From positions 1-61,312 of IMG/VR virus record IMGVR_UViG_3300025093_000022: 61,312 bases of DNA. The stretch is one strand, 5' to 3'. Positions 48,201 to 55,488 of the stretch are shown piece after piece. The stretch comes from a virus. Taxonomy: Duplodnaviria > Caudoviricetes. Under the pieces are notes generated by a model that was not told the origin of the DNA, ran no database searches, and saw only the letters and a list, made by a program, of their open reading frames with translations. Every line of letters starts with the position of its first letter. The stretch's first letter is position 1. Position numbers and translations under genes: made by a program.

Positions 48201-49528
48201 CAGTTAAAACTAATAATCCTAATTTAATTAAGATAGTAGCTTATAGAAATAATGCTAAAGCTAGTTACAATAAAAAAGTACATGACGCTGTATTTGGAAA
48301 AGATGCTGCTCAATTTAATGAGGGAGAGATTATTATCTTTAATGATAACTATAAAGATTTGAAAATTCCTAATTCAACTGAAGCCGTAGTTAGTTCTGTG
48401 GATAATAAAGTACACAAACACAATAGAAGTGATATAAGATATAGATATATATCTGTTAAATTTGGAAATAGAACTGAAGTTATTCCAGTTGTAATATCTG
48501 AAGACAAACAAAAATATAAAGATTACTTAAATGTCTTAGCCAAAGAAAAGAGATGGCCTTTATTTTATAAAATTAAAGAAAACTTTGCCGATATTGATTA
48601 CGCATATGCTATTACATCTCATAAATCACAAGGTTCAACTTATGAAACTGTAATAGTAGATGCTAAAGATATCAAAGGAGTTTCTAAAATTGATAATGCT
48701 GAAAAATCAGAGAGTATTTATACTGCATTAACTAGAGCTAGTAATACAGCAATAGTTCTTGAAGGTGGTGCAAAAGCAACTGCAGGTACTACATTATACT
48801 CTGAAGAGTCATCTACTCCTCCAGACTTAGGTAAGGTACCAATTTTTGATCCTGAAACTGGAACACAACTTTTTTCACCTAGTAGAAAAGCAGCTCCTGC
48901 TGTAGCTAAAGTGTTTAAAGATAATTCAGAACTTAGTATGTTAGGAACTGCTACTCAATACCAAGATTATTTAGCAACGGTATTTCCTAGTAGTAAAGTT
49001 CCTGGAATTGTTTATCATGGAACTATAAATAAAAACATACCTTCAGAAGGATTTATTGGTAAAACTATGTTCTTCACAAAAGACCATAAAACAGCCGCTA
49101 GATATGCTGCTCAAAAAGATTCAGCTAAGTATGATATTTATTTAGAAGATTTCCAAAATGGTAAAATCTCTGAAAATGATTTATCTCCATATGTAGTACC
49201 AGCATTAGTTAATATTACTAATCCATTTATAGAAACATCTTCTAAAACATATTTAGAAAATGCTAAAACTATAAATAGAATTTCAGATATTAATGATGGT
49301 TTTGTAGCTAGTTCTGTAAAAGATACTAAAGGTATTGAAGATCAGATAGCTGTTTTTGATAGTGCTAATATTCATATATTAGGATCACAAGCTGACGTAA
49401 ATATGTTTAGAGAATATCTACAAAATGAAAACCTTCTAAATGAGAGTTTTGATAACCCATCAAAAAATAGTATTTTTAAAGAATCTTCTACTAAAGATGT
49501 AGATGAACATAAAAAACAATGTAAGTAA
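36248..49528 (+). CDS. giant virion RNA polymerase polyprotein (double-psi barrel RNAP + zincin motifs + SF1B helicase + ART-like domain)
   Basis: GTDAQ, GYRIPTQG and catalytic GSDFDIDK (44096); HEAMH (46622) and HEFEH (47279); GKAGTGKTT/IIDEASMV/GDIGQL/HKSQGST/YTALTRA; VYHGT...MFFT. N-terminal hydrophobic Gly-rich helices. Confidence 0.9.
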   Translation: MPKGDDKLNPLNKDIKQYDQDLNSTIDIFAKPSAPKYTEGIDIKLSEYEEAKKAGAGDLLTPESFLQNKEDFQKIATEKERLLNDSRARQQSLGDKIGNGLVKFGGRVFTSIAGSTIGTLHGLYAWARDGEFKSFYDNEFQDGLDGINDYLSEEFPHYYTSNKNDWEISNFIFDKVFDGLGFAVGAVGSSMLGGGATNALTKSLGWSKYMKAGAVNKLNKTLQSTTASSDDVLKATEKFTRDIRRIDKASKIPHTISSMTTGAVYESGVEARHTFDEIKEDLINSYKLEYGKAPTGQQLEEINKIAGESANGVFAANMAVVGGSNILQFSRHLGLDFSDAKKLFTNKRIATETAEGFTKKGSSTLRGVKQVLSKPIVESQEEMIQSVISGTGKDYAKKKYNNDGKADLTDLLNSSIKSFKKTYSSKEGWEEGLIGAIVGSIGVYNANKVKKGYEGNKLPSLAVIESFKDWRSDENFRNTMVGFLNETDAISSLTSSIQHMLQDGQYEKAKESALILNNVKAYKDTQDEQFHSYVTARIDAGMSDQIYSDLNKLRNIPLEEFKETFSIPAETKYTEVDKLKQIESFERRARDIQESTEFIEKNYPNQEEIHDALIFNHAMLKRISDRKDNISREIEELTGNAAITLNVTNKETGVKATAKEIFKDVDKKYQANKKAYTDLYKDYIDLSEREDKMLTEFVAYTTVPEAAKALIDELDETEQKNAKEANKGKRQKEKTKAKEKQEAKVDSAKAVAKAEEDVLVENQSVVDDIDAAQNEEEYTILDPNLKDALENDKEGRQKIIDEVNKLKKDESGVDPGTPESAKTKLKRDQKINKKSEDSKVAPKDYTKDSKTKKSAEEKIARANRGETTEGFENEEVQKEATGVYRVGKRLVNAFNAIAVRTRNFIDTPSGIKESTDEIKSATSLRILDPKFIKAKDKVEIKLNNDPNFIFYKPDGTVDPDKRNEIGTDNQIMEIYFDEELVGYLHGTDYITERRVVPIVDGADNINRNIEELAKARKEIRKHLQDNPSYSVKVVSKTAGQIRVKANEKYDAKLTDVVQDDTRPELLVIKDGTIYHKDQPLEDSPLADKLVFNPEDVYTLEDSFAEEFNGATMIAVPGANGQYVVSLVRNGSIQEADAKVKDTVLEVLNAYVANDTEALAEFGLADSKTGEVYPELVSEYINNFIYTTSDVDSPHYMFLGLNSKGNPQIRFTHKPGEKPTILEGNTEAPEYKFLEERIDGSLISTNLRSLNDNVQLTLTGGEKISYKDFIYDNLYANFVGEKIPGTNVMSYTDNPIILLDLGNPLDMTSKPKAKKKDRPSEGPLLDSAIDKKKDSKKTVSKDNPLLKSNFKRGKKSPKRDYNPEDLFKSLNPIVDAATGSLVMSQDTIDITMSLTNTVYDIISSEEKISVSEAFKQLEAALVEFRDMYESHGDTAGENAVETVLNNMDSFKLLVSQKLRVLGYNIKGGKMSEIFFESNRQEAFDQAEEETLYGDTPDITKSFNEDAIFTDNPLNKLSAQIKMKLATIPNEEANVLGMDSYYEMETVYNALLETLSDKPDMSISQMIEVLKSKAVEKPYLLYVINNILENPEIDQSVKYAFNSHFKMSYLEKELVKADSENDIRVIESNRVSLTNLIFETWLNRGKLQNLLTASAEGTQVVNKDYVTEVVDPLWETAKETKSVEDTHAYLQAVGIDISLDALREMESNSKNLEGFKRTTWKQLFTHKNRGVFRKIREALDAELPDNVHPFKNEGYIKKIAGVQAKYASDIATKSYRDVEGKSNYSYVLPTWITDRFSRLKNNKGLINKLQKIPFLERSWYLTMLKTDEKFREVFDLKVIDSIKFKGRDGQKFNKLTKKEQLIAQIGFFANSNQGKPGKRIGKFFVSKSDKSNVHVLTALRHNTTSTPEQIRDNKWSEEDKRQILDNIIGSEYSRIKDAQERRDAGVNFGDIKGYNPFIFYTFPELNDLDSIKDEDGNLLDFEDARDTMWKAISQPQEDGTPSTLKQIHTSTKAELEKYGIIENNKLKYVDRVYKGQNRTGNVDYFIRDYTLNYMIATFNYSQLFQSDVAFAAKKNKGVDVAYANMFKRLAKDMAPAVRSATSVSADYNHYNQIVLADAFNSSNNIDQLREMFPDLVPDYSGIEGTDAQEVTLLSEHINVMYHHGKITDEQYNKFYPKAVKGEYYTPAELEELIDIIKNAHKPVYVTNKYMPEYGAEVPVYLKSSSFPLVPQLVEGTAFETLERLMRTNTRKIGNKNMPMPIHRAIFESGAKLGAFKTIDAWNKATNPEGDFITYKDKAITDGTFNEEAIKEALKNNNYLTLDRAGFGIQQDVPFDESKDKIPEGSQLMKLIQTGIEDPTVVEEFNQLHIDITEKAFQNLLDELGATDNGDGTYSGLDLKKLRTLLKEELIDRGSYTENDLVALDIQEDGKGNLQFSTPLWATPKSVQFESLLNSIINKRVIKQKMPGKSYVLATEEGWQGFTSDIERITSGLKGTKYNPKTGLKPQRIGYLNEETNEKQEREYILNLIKKEKDISKLSEEKISELIKTKAKKLGFKEVVFPAQVLMTKGKWNQKQMVGYRIPTQGLNSMSAMEVVGYLPDYMADLIIAPKDFVTQMGSDFDIDKLYVHRWHETRAGRKVSKQSVQTGWEYYLESREKQEFQAESQVKQLAKVTAFLNNTFDKVDLEVSEEDVREIYDKVVTKTLTEEDYKALHEKKQKQNRIMDIYWETLTNKNNLKDVLKPLDFGNLPEVVKNIKASKQHHPLSPIRQINNYQNGNAGKFGVSVTSLASTTNALLQVVKNVITLKTFTGKAYTPVKFKFKINGEVIEVSDLNGEMTLDGSMKKIDVISAFQSASVDNIKELLIKIINYNKHTHDAFLTLSYLGLDDKYISYLLAQPIIKKYVENREALSGGFTDINVSEIEDEAYRMTFEEFGTTNPVTNWNKAFSEKALITALNNPENLENQQILLEKFKRLSESGKEINDLIRALQPGTSGVGKNRISANLKQAKVEDLLNSQTITGIDEMFGDVERLQNGEINLTPKTIAGQGYEILKRSNNLFNSLFSINSVAMKLAQAVANNNDVNVKGFTEKQLTQLSKFVKSYVFSDKSNMYSDETAVAYRNRLMLGENSLAHRVEKFKQSNPRNPLSLAIRTNISKIEGVPSTVYYNASSAERGDEMKYTIAILQLLNSEVADEVELGEDLIAYTYLTGGNQDAKSLLKLLPNTYLHLVNFGKDVESSSQKIVKGEVEMYPVMKQLFQHFPYLAKSVSLDEAGTLEENGKLIVNTKQPRFISISLDRESKPVVYEKTTEKSIDGIVYKPLNHLGTYEYSETEYNAKDLSSVLAENNVGEDVVVVESQTPPKKDESILDPNVANVAKKVNQTATRYRLGEKNTKAVLDAISNAGISEENKALAKSLASAIGNVPIIQTELPPYADGIYQEENNAILINNNLKDPVEFERVVLHEAMHAVLANVIKNPTTKQQKEIIDSLEAVLKVAQKNESAFSFKNGLKDLDEFISELMTDVTFQRELATLDFNKDINLLQRIWKLISDILSEVTGDVVTQSSIEAVGELIKSTSPTVVSVSESTNELIKEAVSYKDVPIVDSTDIINAEGKKGAAQYDRTNNRILVDRSLLKQKFSEQAWTNPRDLIESIDGVEVTSTMTPMMADQFLSYKQFEDFVIAHEFEHSKYTREMHEALTSDTTKGQYEDEINRRALESLGIPFKPMPKKVTKTEAPVESSPIVLNKEQQAAVDNTVDFIKNGNPNEYYVIEGKAGTGKTTIAEKIAKEFPGQIIKLAALSHKAKGVISKKFSKAKIPATSHSIAGLLGMTLDLSSGKFKVDRNRYTPPPIGEADIIIIDEASMVNEEALEMIMQGKSAKAKVVFLGDIGQLKPIRSVSNPYYKTKKHLLDKKSPVFESTNKSMLTERVRQGEESPILPYADNYWENSQIEKPVLNPTSHKESIYSDKGNLVFANEFSEIEKEVLSKFKEAVKTNNPNLIKIVAYRNNAKASYNKKVHDAVFGKDAAQFNEGEIIIFNDNYKDLKIPNSTEAVVSSVDNKVHKHNRSDIRYRYISVKFGNRTEVIPVVISEDKQKYKDYLNVLAKEKRWPLFYKIKENFADIDYAYAITSHKSQGSTYETVIVDAKDIKGVSKIDNAEKSESIYTALTRASNTAIVLEGGAKATAGTTLYSEESSTPPDLGKVPIFDPETGTQLFSPSRKAAPAVAKVFKDNSELSMLGTATQYQDYLATVFPSSKVPGIVYHGTINKNIPSEGFIGKTMFFTKDHKTAARYAAQKDSAKYDIYLEDFQNGKISENDLSPYVVPALVNITNPFIETSSKTYLENAKTINRISDINDGFVASSVKDTKGIEDQIAVFDSANIHILGSQADVNMFREYLQNENLLNESFDNPSKNSIFKESSTKDVDEHKKQCK

Positions 49529-52500
49529 TGGCGAAGTGTCCTAATAAAAATAGTAGTTTATATAAACGTTTATCAAACCAATTTTCTGAAGATAATATCT
49601 TTAGAATTTGGGATGCTATAACTACACCAGAGTTTGATGCTTGGTATGGTAATAACACTAGAGATAAAGATGGTATGCCTTTTATTAATAAGTATTTTCA
49701 AATACAAAATGATAAAGGTCAAGTAGGTAATTTATTACAAGATACAGTCAAACTAACATCTGTTACTGAAGTAGAAAAACTATTATCTGCTCAAAAGACC
49801 GAAGGCATATCTTTATATAAAGGTAGATACTATGTATCTAAAAATAAAAAGATGCAAGGGGAAAATATGGTTAAATTACTTAACCGTTATTATCCTGGTC
49901 TTTTAGAGAGAACCTCTTATTTCACTGCATCACAAGCTATTGGTGTTAGTGATCCGTCTCTACCTACGACTTACCTTACAATTAATAATGTATTTACTGC
50001 TCAAGGTAGAATACTTTATTCTCCATCTAGAAGTACTTTATTAGAGGCTCCTGAATCTGAAACAGGTGAAATGGAATATCTAATAAATAGATTAGATGAA
50101 TATAAAGAGAGAGTTCATGACCAATTAATAAATGCTAAAGAAGAAGCGAAACAAACTAAAGATTACCGTAAAGTAGAAAGTTTAACAAATAAACAAGATG
50201 AATTAGAACTAGCTATTGATGAATTAAAAATAGATCAAACAGTTCAAAATATATCTAAAATTGCTAATATTAATTTAGATTATGTAGAAAAACTTTTAGA
50301 GAAGAAAGACACTATTAGTATTACAGAGCTTAATGAAATTAATGATATCTTAGGTTTCTATGAACATCTAGATTCTACTGAAAAATCTAAACATCCTGTA
50401 TCTTTTTTAACTAAATCTGATTTTGTTAAGAGAAACACTGTTAAGATAGATGCTCAAGGTAATGAGACTATTGAAAAAGATTATCCAGAATCTACTAAAA
50501 AAATACAAGGTATAGCCTTAACAGCCAGAAATCTTAGAGAAGATTACAACGTTCTTATTAAAGAAGCAGTTACTAAGTATTATAATGAAACATACGAGAA
50601 AAATAAAACTATTGAAGAATTATTTGAAAATATAAAAGATATTACAGCTTCAGCTAAAATGACTAGAGATGCTGCTAGTGTTAATAACTCTTTACTTAGT
50701 TTATTACACTCTGTTAATAATGATGCATCTAGAGTAGCTAATGCTAAAACCACCCAAGATCAAAAAGAAAGAGAAGAAATGCTTGAGACATTAGAAAAAA
50801 GTTCACCTTCTTCTTTGTATAAAAGATTGGGTAGAAAAAAGTTTATGCAAATGTTTTGGCAAAAAGATGATAAAGGTAATAATACTGGTGGATTAATTAA
50901 TGAATATTCTCATAAATATAAAAAAGTAAAGGGTAGATTGTTTAACAAGATGTTTTATTCTGATTCTGTGGAAGAGGTTAAAGCTGCTAAAGAAGAATTT
51001 AATGCTACTCACGAATTTGTTAATTATTTCTTAGTAGAAAATAAAGATGGAACTATAAATGAAGAGGCTACTGCTATTGCTAAAGAGAAAGAGTTTAATA
51101 GATTAGCTGAAATTTTTGATAAAGATAGAGTCAAAGAAATTATAGATGAAATGCACATTGAGTTTAAAAACTTTAGGACTAGACGAGAAGATGCTTATGC
51201 TGAAATAGACTCATTAGAAATTACAAATAATGCTAAAATTGCAAAAAAAGAGCGTTGGTATTATCGTAACCATCCTACTATAAGTATTAATGACATTAGA
51301 GATGGAAATGTTCGTATAGATAAATTTGGAAATATGATTAAATTTAATTCTGAATTTGTTAGAGCTATTCCTTTAAAAATAAATAGAGGTGGAGAGCAAA
51401 CTAATTTTTATGATAGTGCTTTTGAAGCAATAAAAAAAGATGCTACAGCTTATGAGTATTATAAATACGTAAATGGTACTATTAAAAAACTTTTAGCCTT
51501 CTATCCAAAATCACATCTAGATGCAAAAGGTATACATGAAGGATTTATACCAACTCTCAAAAAAAGCTTATTACAACAATTTATGCAAGACGGTATGGGG
51601 TTATCTTTGTCCAAAATGCATGAAACTGCTAGAAGATGGTTTAGTATAAAAACTTATTCTAAATCTTACGATCATATAGACGTATCAACTGGTCAAGTAA
51701 AAGATTCATTAAATATTAGAATGTTATCTCCAAATTATAAATATGTAGATGGTGGAGAAGTAATAGATACTTCAGATATTGTAACTGATTTAGATGAAAT
51801 TTTAAATCAATTTATACCTGTTACTAATATGTATAGATATAAATCTAAATTAGAAGCTACTCATAATATGATTTTAAACTCCATTGACCAAATGCAAGGA
51901 GTACAACAAACACCAACTGGAGTTAATCTTACTGGGGGCTTAGAAGGAGCTGATATTGTAGACAATTTAAACCATTTAAAAGAGTTAGCTAGATTTCTTA
52001 ATGAAATTTATTATGAAAAACAAGAAAAAGACGTTGCTAGTAAACAAAAAGTTTTAAGTAAAGAGGAGAAAAAACAAAAAGATAATTTAGAAGAAAAAAT
52101 AGATGAACTTAAAAAGAAATTAATAGACGAAAGAGATACATTAACTCAAGAACAACAAGAGGGTATTAGAAATTCTATTGAGGGGATAAAAAGAAAATTA
52201 TCCGATTTAGGTACAAATGTTTCTAGTACCAAATCAATAAAATCAATCTTAAAATATTTTCAATTAGTTTCACAAGGTTGGAATTTGAGTTCAGCTAGTA
52301 TAGAGCTTGTTTATGGATTTGCATCTAATAATATGCATGCAGCTGGTGGAATTGAATATACAACTAAACAAATATCAGCTGCTTATAAAATAGCAATGGC
52401 GGCTACTATGCCTGGAGCTAACACTAAAACTATTAGAAAGTTCCTTTCATTAATTGAAAAGTTTGATGTTATTGGTGAGGTTGCTGAAAACGAAAGAAAT

Positions 52501-53541
52501 AGCGCACATCATTCTCGTAAATCTAAGTTTAGTGCAAAGAAAGCTTTAGCTCCATACGAAATGATGAGAAGGGCGGATATGGTTTCTAAAGGGTCGGTGA
52601 TGATTGCTATGATGATGAATACTAATCTTGAAGGTAATCCATTACAAGAGGGTGAAACTTCTTTATGGGAAGCTTTCAATGAAGATGGCGAGATCAAGGA
52701 AGACTATGCTGAACATAAAGAGACTTGGGAACCTATAGATGCTAATAAGTCTTTAAGATTTGCTACTAAAATAGCTCAAGTCAATAAAAGAAATCATGGT
52801 AACTACGATCCTAATTCTCAAATTATGGCTAACTCTACCGCTTTAGGGAAAGCGTTACTTCAATTTAGACGTTGGATGTTAGAGGGGTTTGCTACTAGAT
52901 TTGAAAAACAAGATTATAATGATAATTTACAAAGACTAGTTAAAGGTCGTTATAGAACTTACGGTACTCTAGTTACTCAATTAGGAGGTGGAAATATTGT
53001 TAAAGGATCTGTTAAAACTACTTCGCTAATGTTTAAGGCATTGCTGCATAATTTTGCCTTTAGAAATATGTCTGACGAACAATTAAAAGCAGCTGGGGTA
53101 GAAGGTGCTGAGTTTTCTGAAGCTGACCTAGAAAACATTAGAAAAAATGCTTCAGGTCTTAAGTGGTTGATAATAGTATTTAGTGCTTTAGGAATGATAA
53201 AAGCTGCTCTAGATGATGATGAAGATAATATTGGTGTAGTAAATTTCTTGCTAAATCAAGGTGGTCGTCTACAACAGGATTTAAATTTCTACGCTAATCC
53301 GTCAACAATGGGAGATATCACTAAAAATATCGTTCCAGCATTTAAACTATTTGATCGTGCAAGTTCTTGGCTTGAAGCTATGAAAAATACGGTATTAGAT
53401 TTAGACCCTGAATATTCAACAGTTTATGAGAGGGGGGATTTTAAAGGTAGTAGTAAATTACTTATAAAATCTGGTGAGATGTTACCTGGTACTTCAACTG
53501 TTATTAGAACAATGAGAAATGCCGCTAAACTATACGATTAA
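49528..53541 (+). CDS. large internal virion cargo/ejection protein
   Basis: 1337 aa; MAKCPN start; HGNY...LLQFRRWM...GRYRT and late hydrophobic helices typical of crAss-like cargo proteins. Confidence 0.7.
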   Translation: MAKCPNKNSSLYKRLSNQFSEDNIFRIWDAITTPEFDAWYGNNTRDKDGMPFINKYFQIQNDKGQVGNLLQDTVKLTSVTEVEKLLSAQKTEGISLYKGRYYVSKNKKMQGENMVKLLNRYYPGLLERTSYFTASQAIGVSDPSLPTTYLTINNVFTAQGRILYSPSRSTLLEAPESETGEMEYLINRLDEYKERVHDQLINAKEEAKQTKDYRKVESLTNKQDELELAIDELKIDQTVQNISKIANINLDYVEKLLEKKDTISITELNEINDILGFYEHLDSTEKSKHPVSFLTKSDFVKRNTVKIDAQGNETIEKDYPESTKKIQGIALTARNLREDYNVLIKEAVTKYYNETYEKNKTIEELFENIKDITASAKMTRDAASVNNSLLSLLHSVNNDASRVANAKTTQDQKEREEMLETLEKSSPSSLYKRLGRKKFMQMFWQKDDKGNNTGGLINEYSHKYKKVKGRLFNKMFYSDSVEEVKAAKEEFNATHEFVNYFLVENKDGTINEEATAIAKEKEFNRLAEIFDKDRVKEIIDEMHIEFKNFRTRREDAYAEIDSLEITNNAKIAKKERWYYRNHPTISINDIRDGNVRIDKFGNMIKFNSEFVRAIPLKINRGGEQTNFYDSAFEAIKKDATAYEYYKYVNGTIKKLLAFYPKSHLDAKGIHEGFIPTLKKSLLQQFMQDGMGLSLSKMHETARRWFSIKTYSKSYDHIDVSTGQVKDSLNIRMLSPNYKYVDGGEVIDTSDIVTDLDEILNQFIPVTNMYRYKSKLEATHNMILNSIDQMQGVQQTPTGVNLTGGLEGADIVDNLNHLKELARFLNEIYYEKQEKDVASKQKVLSKEEKKQKDNLEEKIDELKKKLIDERDTLTQEQQEGIRNSIEGIKRKLSDLGTNVSSTKSIKSILKYFQLVSQGWNLSSASIELVYGFASNNMHAAGGIEYTTKQISAAYKIAMAATMPGANTKTIRKFLSLIEKFDVIGEVAENERNSAHHSRKSKFSAKKALAPYEMMRRADMVSKGSVMIAMMMNTNLEGNPLQEGETSLWEAFNEDGEIKEDYAEHKETWEPIDANKSLRFATKIAQVNKRNHGNYDPNSQIMANSTALGKALLQFRRWMLEGFATRFEKQDYNDNLQRLVKGRYRTYGTLVTQLGGGNIVKGSVKTTSLMFKALLHNFAFRNMSDEQLKAAGVEGAEFSEADLENIRKNASGLKWLIIVFSALGMIKAALDDDEDNIGVVNFLLNQGGRLQQDLNFYANPSTMGDITKNIVPAFKLFDRASSWLEAMKNTVLDLDPEYSTVYERGDFKGSSKLLIKSGEMLPGTSTVIRTMRNAAKLYD

Positions 53542-53549
53542 CGGTAGGT

Positions 53550-53579
53550 AAAAAGGGGCAACCAGCCCCTCTTTTTTTT
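53550..53579. terminator. bidirectional intrinsic terminator at the strand switch
   Basis: AAAAAGGGGC-AACCA-GCCCCTCTTTTTTTT between convergent genes. Confidence 0.85.
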
Positions 53580-54384
53580 ATTTTAATGTTGGAAATTTCT
53601 CTTTACCTTTATCCCATCTGATATATTTAACTTCTTCAACACCACTTCTAAAGTGATTCCAAGTTTTAAAGATTAAAGCTAATCTATGAGTTTGTTTAAG
53701 TTTAGTTGTATTAACATATTTATCGTCAAACAACTTTCTTCTTAAGAAATCAATTGGACTTTTAGGTGCAACATCTAATCCAGTACATAATTTATTCCAA
53801 AATGTTTCAGAATCTGTAACACTTCTTTCATGTGTTAAGTACATTAATCCTGCAATTTGTGAAGGAGACATTACTCTATTAAATCTTTTATAAAGTTCTT
53901 CAGCTTTTACTGCAAATTCAGATATTTCTGGATGTTCATTATAATAATTTAAAATATCAGTATTTGAAGGCTTTGTTGCTCCTGAATCACCTCTACTTCT
54001 GTCACCACTTTTAATATTCATAATAAGTCTAGTAGCTGCAGATGTAGTTTGGTAATGTGGAATACCTTCTATTGAAAAAATATCTCCAGCTGATCTAGAT
54101 TTACCGGTATCCATAACTTTAAAAGCTTCTTCGTCAACACCTTTAATAACTAAAAACTGTTGTTCTTTTTCAGATTTAACAACTGCGCTTAATCTATGTT
54201 GTCCGTCTAATAAAGCACCTGATTCACTTAGCCTAATAGGTTGTGCATCAAACAACCAATTACCAACAGTCATTTCTTTAGCTAAAAAGTTAACATGACT
54301 TTCTGATAATCTACGATTATTAGGATTACGCTTAAGCATTTCTTTAGCTATTTCTGGAGTAATCACTCTAATTTCTGGTTTCAT
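53578..54384 (-). CDS. ParB/Srx-like DGQHR-domain protein
   Basis: ITPEIAKEML..N..NR.L...V..LA..M..G.W and LLDGQHRLSAVV motifs. Confidence 0.75.
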   Translation of the reverse strand: MKPEIRVITPEIAKEMLKRNPNNRRLSESHVNFLAKEMTVGNWLFDAQPIRLSESGALLDGQHRLSAVVKSEKEQQFLVIKGVDEEAFKVMDTGKSRSAGDIFSIEGIPHYQTTSAATRLIMNIKSGDRSRGDSGATKPSNTDILNYYNEHPEISEFAVKAEELYKRFNRVMSPSQIAGLMYLTHERSVTDSETFWNKLCTGLDVAPKSPIDFLRRKLFDDKYVNTTKLKQTHRLALIFKTWNHFRSGVEEVKYIRWDKGKEKFPTLK

Positions 54385-54403
54385 ATATTTATTTAAGTTT
54401 AGT

Positions 54404-54450
54404 AAAAAATAAAACCCCCAAAGCTTTTTACAGCTTTATAGGGGGGTTTC
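54404..54450 (-). terminator. probable intrinsic terminator (minus strand)
   Basis: AAACCCCC...GGGGGTTT inverted repeat followed on the minus strand by TATTTTTT; large loop. Confidence 0.55.
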
Positions 54451-54467
54451 TGTCATCAATCATCAAT

Positions 54468-54776
54468 CTATGTATTCTTGATGTCTTTAATTCTTTTATA
54501 AGCAGCATGCCACTCATCTTCATCATCAAATATCACAAAACGTTTAATACCCACTTCAATTTGATCTTCTTCGTTTTTTCTGAAGATTAGTTCTATTTCA
54601 AACCCTTCAGCCAGATCTGTTGTATGAGTAGGTGCAAATAAATATGGAAAATTAATCTGATTATCTAATGTTAAATCTTCAGTATCAATTTCAGCATATA
54701 TTTGTTTAATTGCGGTATTTAATTGTTCTTGAGTTAACGGTATGTTTCTTATATCTCTAGTATCTATTTCTGTCAT
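54468..54776 (-). CDS. hypothetical protein
   Basis: 102-aa ORF within an operon. Confidence 0.65.
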   Translation of the reverse strand: MTEIDTRDIRNIPLTQEQLNTAIKQIYAEIDTEDLTLDNQINFPYLFAPTHTTDLAEGFEIELIFRKNEEDQIEVGIKRFVIFDDEDEWHAAYKRIKDIKNT

Positions 54777-54777
54777 A

Positions 54778-55485
54778 TTAAAAACTATCTACAAAAAATT
54801 TATTATTAATATGCTCTGTAACTTGTTTGTGTTGTTTAAAATATAGACTAGGATGTGATTTTCTTTCTATTGAGTCTGTAAAGATGTTATAGATATTCCA
54901 TAGATTATTTTTATCTACTTTATAATCATAAGTAGGATTATTATACTCTTTTCTAAAGAAAGTCAATTGTTCAGTTCTAAGAATATCATCCTGGATAAAT
55001 AATTCACCAATTAATTCATTAAGAACGTCTTGTGAAATATCTATACCTTTCATGTCATTCCTAAGAGTAACAGTCTTTTCAAAATTATCTACAGATTTAT
55101 TAATAGCGTCACTGATAAATACATTTAAATCATAGTCACTAGTACCAGTATGTTTTCTTTTAAATGTATGTTCACCATTAACCATACCATTAGAACAAAT
55201 AAATACACTAGCTCCAACTGCAAACTTAACACTTAAAGATTTATCGTATGAATTTTGAAATGCGATCATACATCCAATATCATCATCTTTTAAATTAAGT
55301 GTATATTTACCAGTTACTTTATGAAAGTCTTTATCATGTTGATATGATCTATCAGTAATATATAAACCATTATCTTCACACATATCCTCAATTCTAGTAA
55401 TTATACTACTATGAGAAGTAGGTGTATAGGTCTTTGTTCTAGCAGGTACCTCTGCTTCAATTATCTCTTTTTCAATTTCTAACAT
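54778..55485 (-). CDS. DUF932/DUF945-like phage protein
   Basis: Y.P.SH, NSYDKS, VFICSNGMV, RKHT and NLWNIYN..T motifs. Confidence 0.75.
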   Translation of the reverse strand: MLEIEKEIIEAEVPARTKTYTPTSHSSIITRIEDMCEDNGLYITDRSYQHDKDFHKVTGKYTLNLKDDDIGCMIAFQNSYDKSLSVKFAVGASVFICSNGMVNGEHTFKRKHTGTSDYDLNVFISDAINKSVDNFEKTVTLRNDMKGIDISQDVLNELIGELFIQDDILRTEQLTFFRKEYNNPTYDYKVDKNNLWNIYNIFTDSIERKSHPSLYFKQHKQVTEHINNKFFVDSF

Positions 55486-55488
55486 AAA

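Noticed and set aside
864-52697. Short antisense or alternate-frame ORFs in the track (e.g. 864..1064, 5664..5906, 7252..7581, 15419..15739, 38779..39078, 52509..52697)
   Set aside because: They lie within or largely overlap well-supported genes and read as shadow translations with no motifs.
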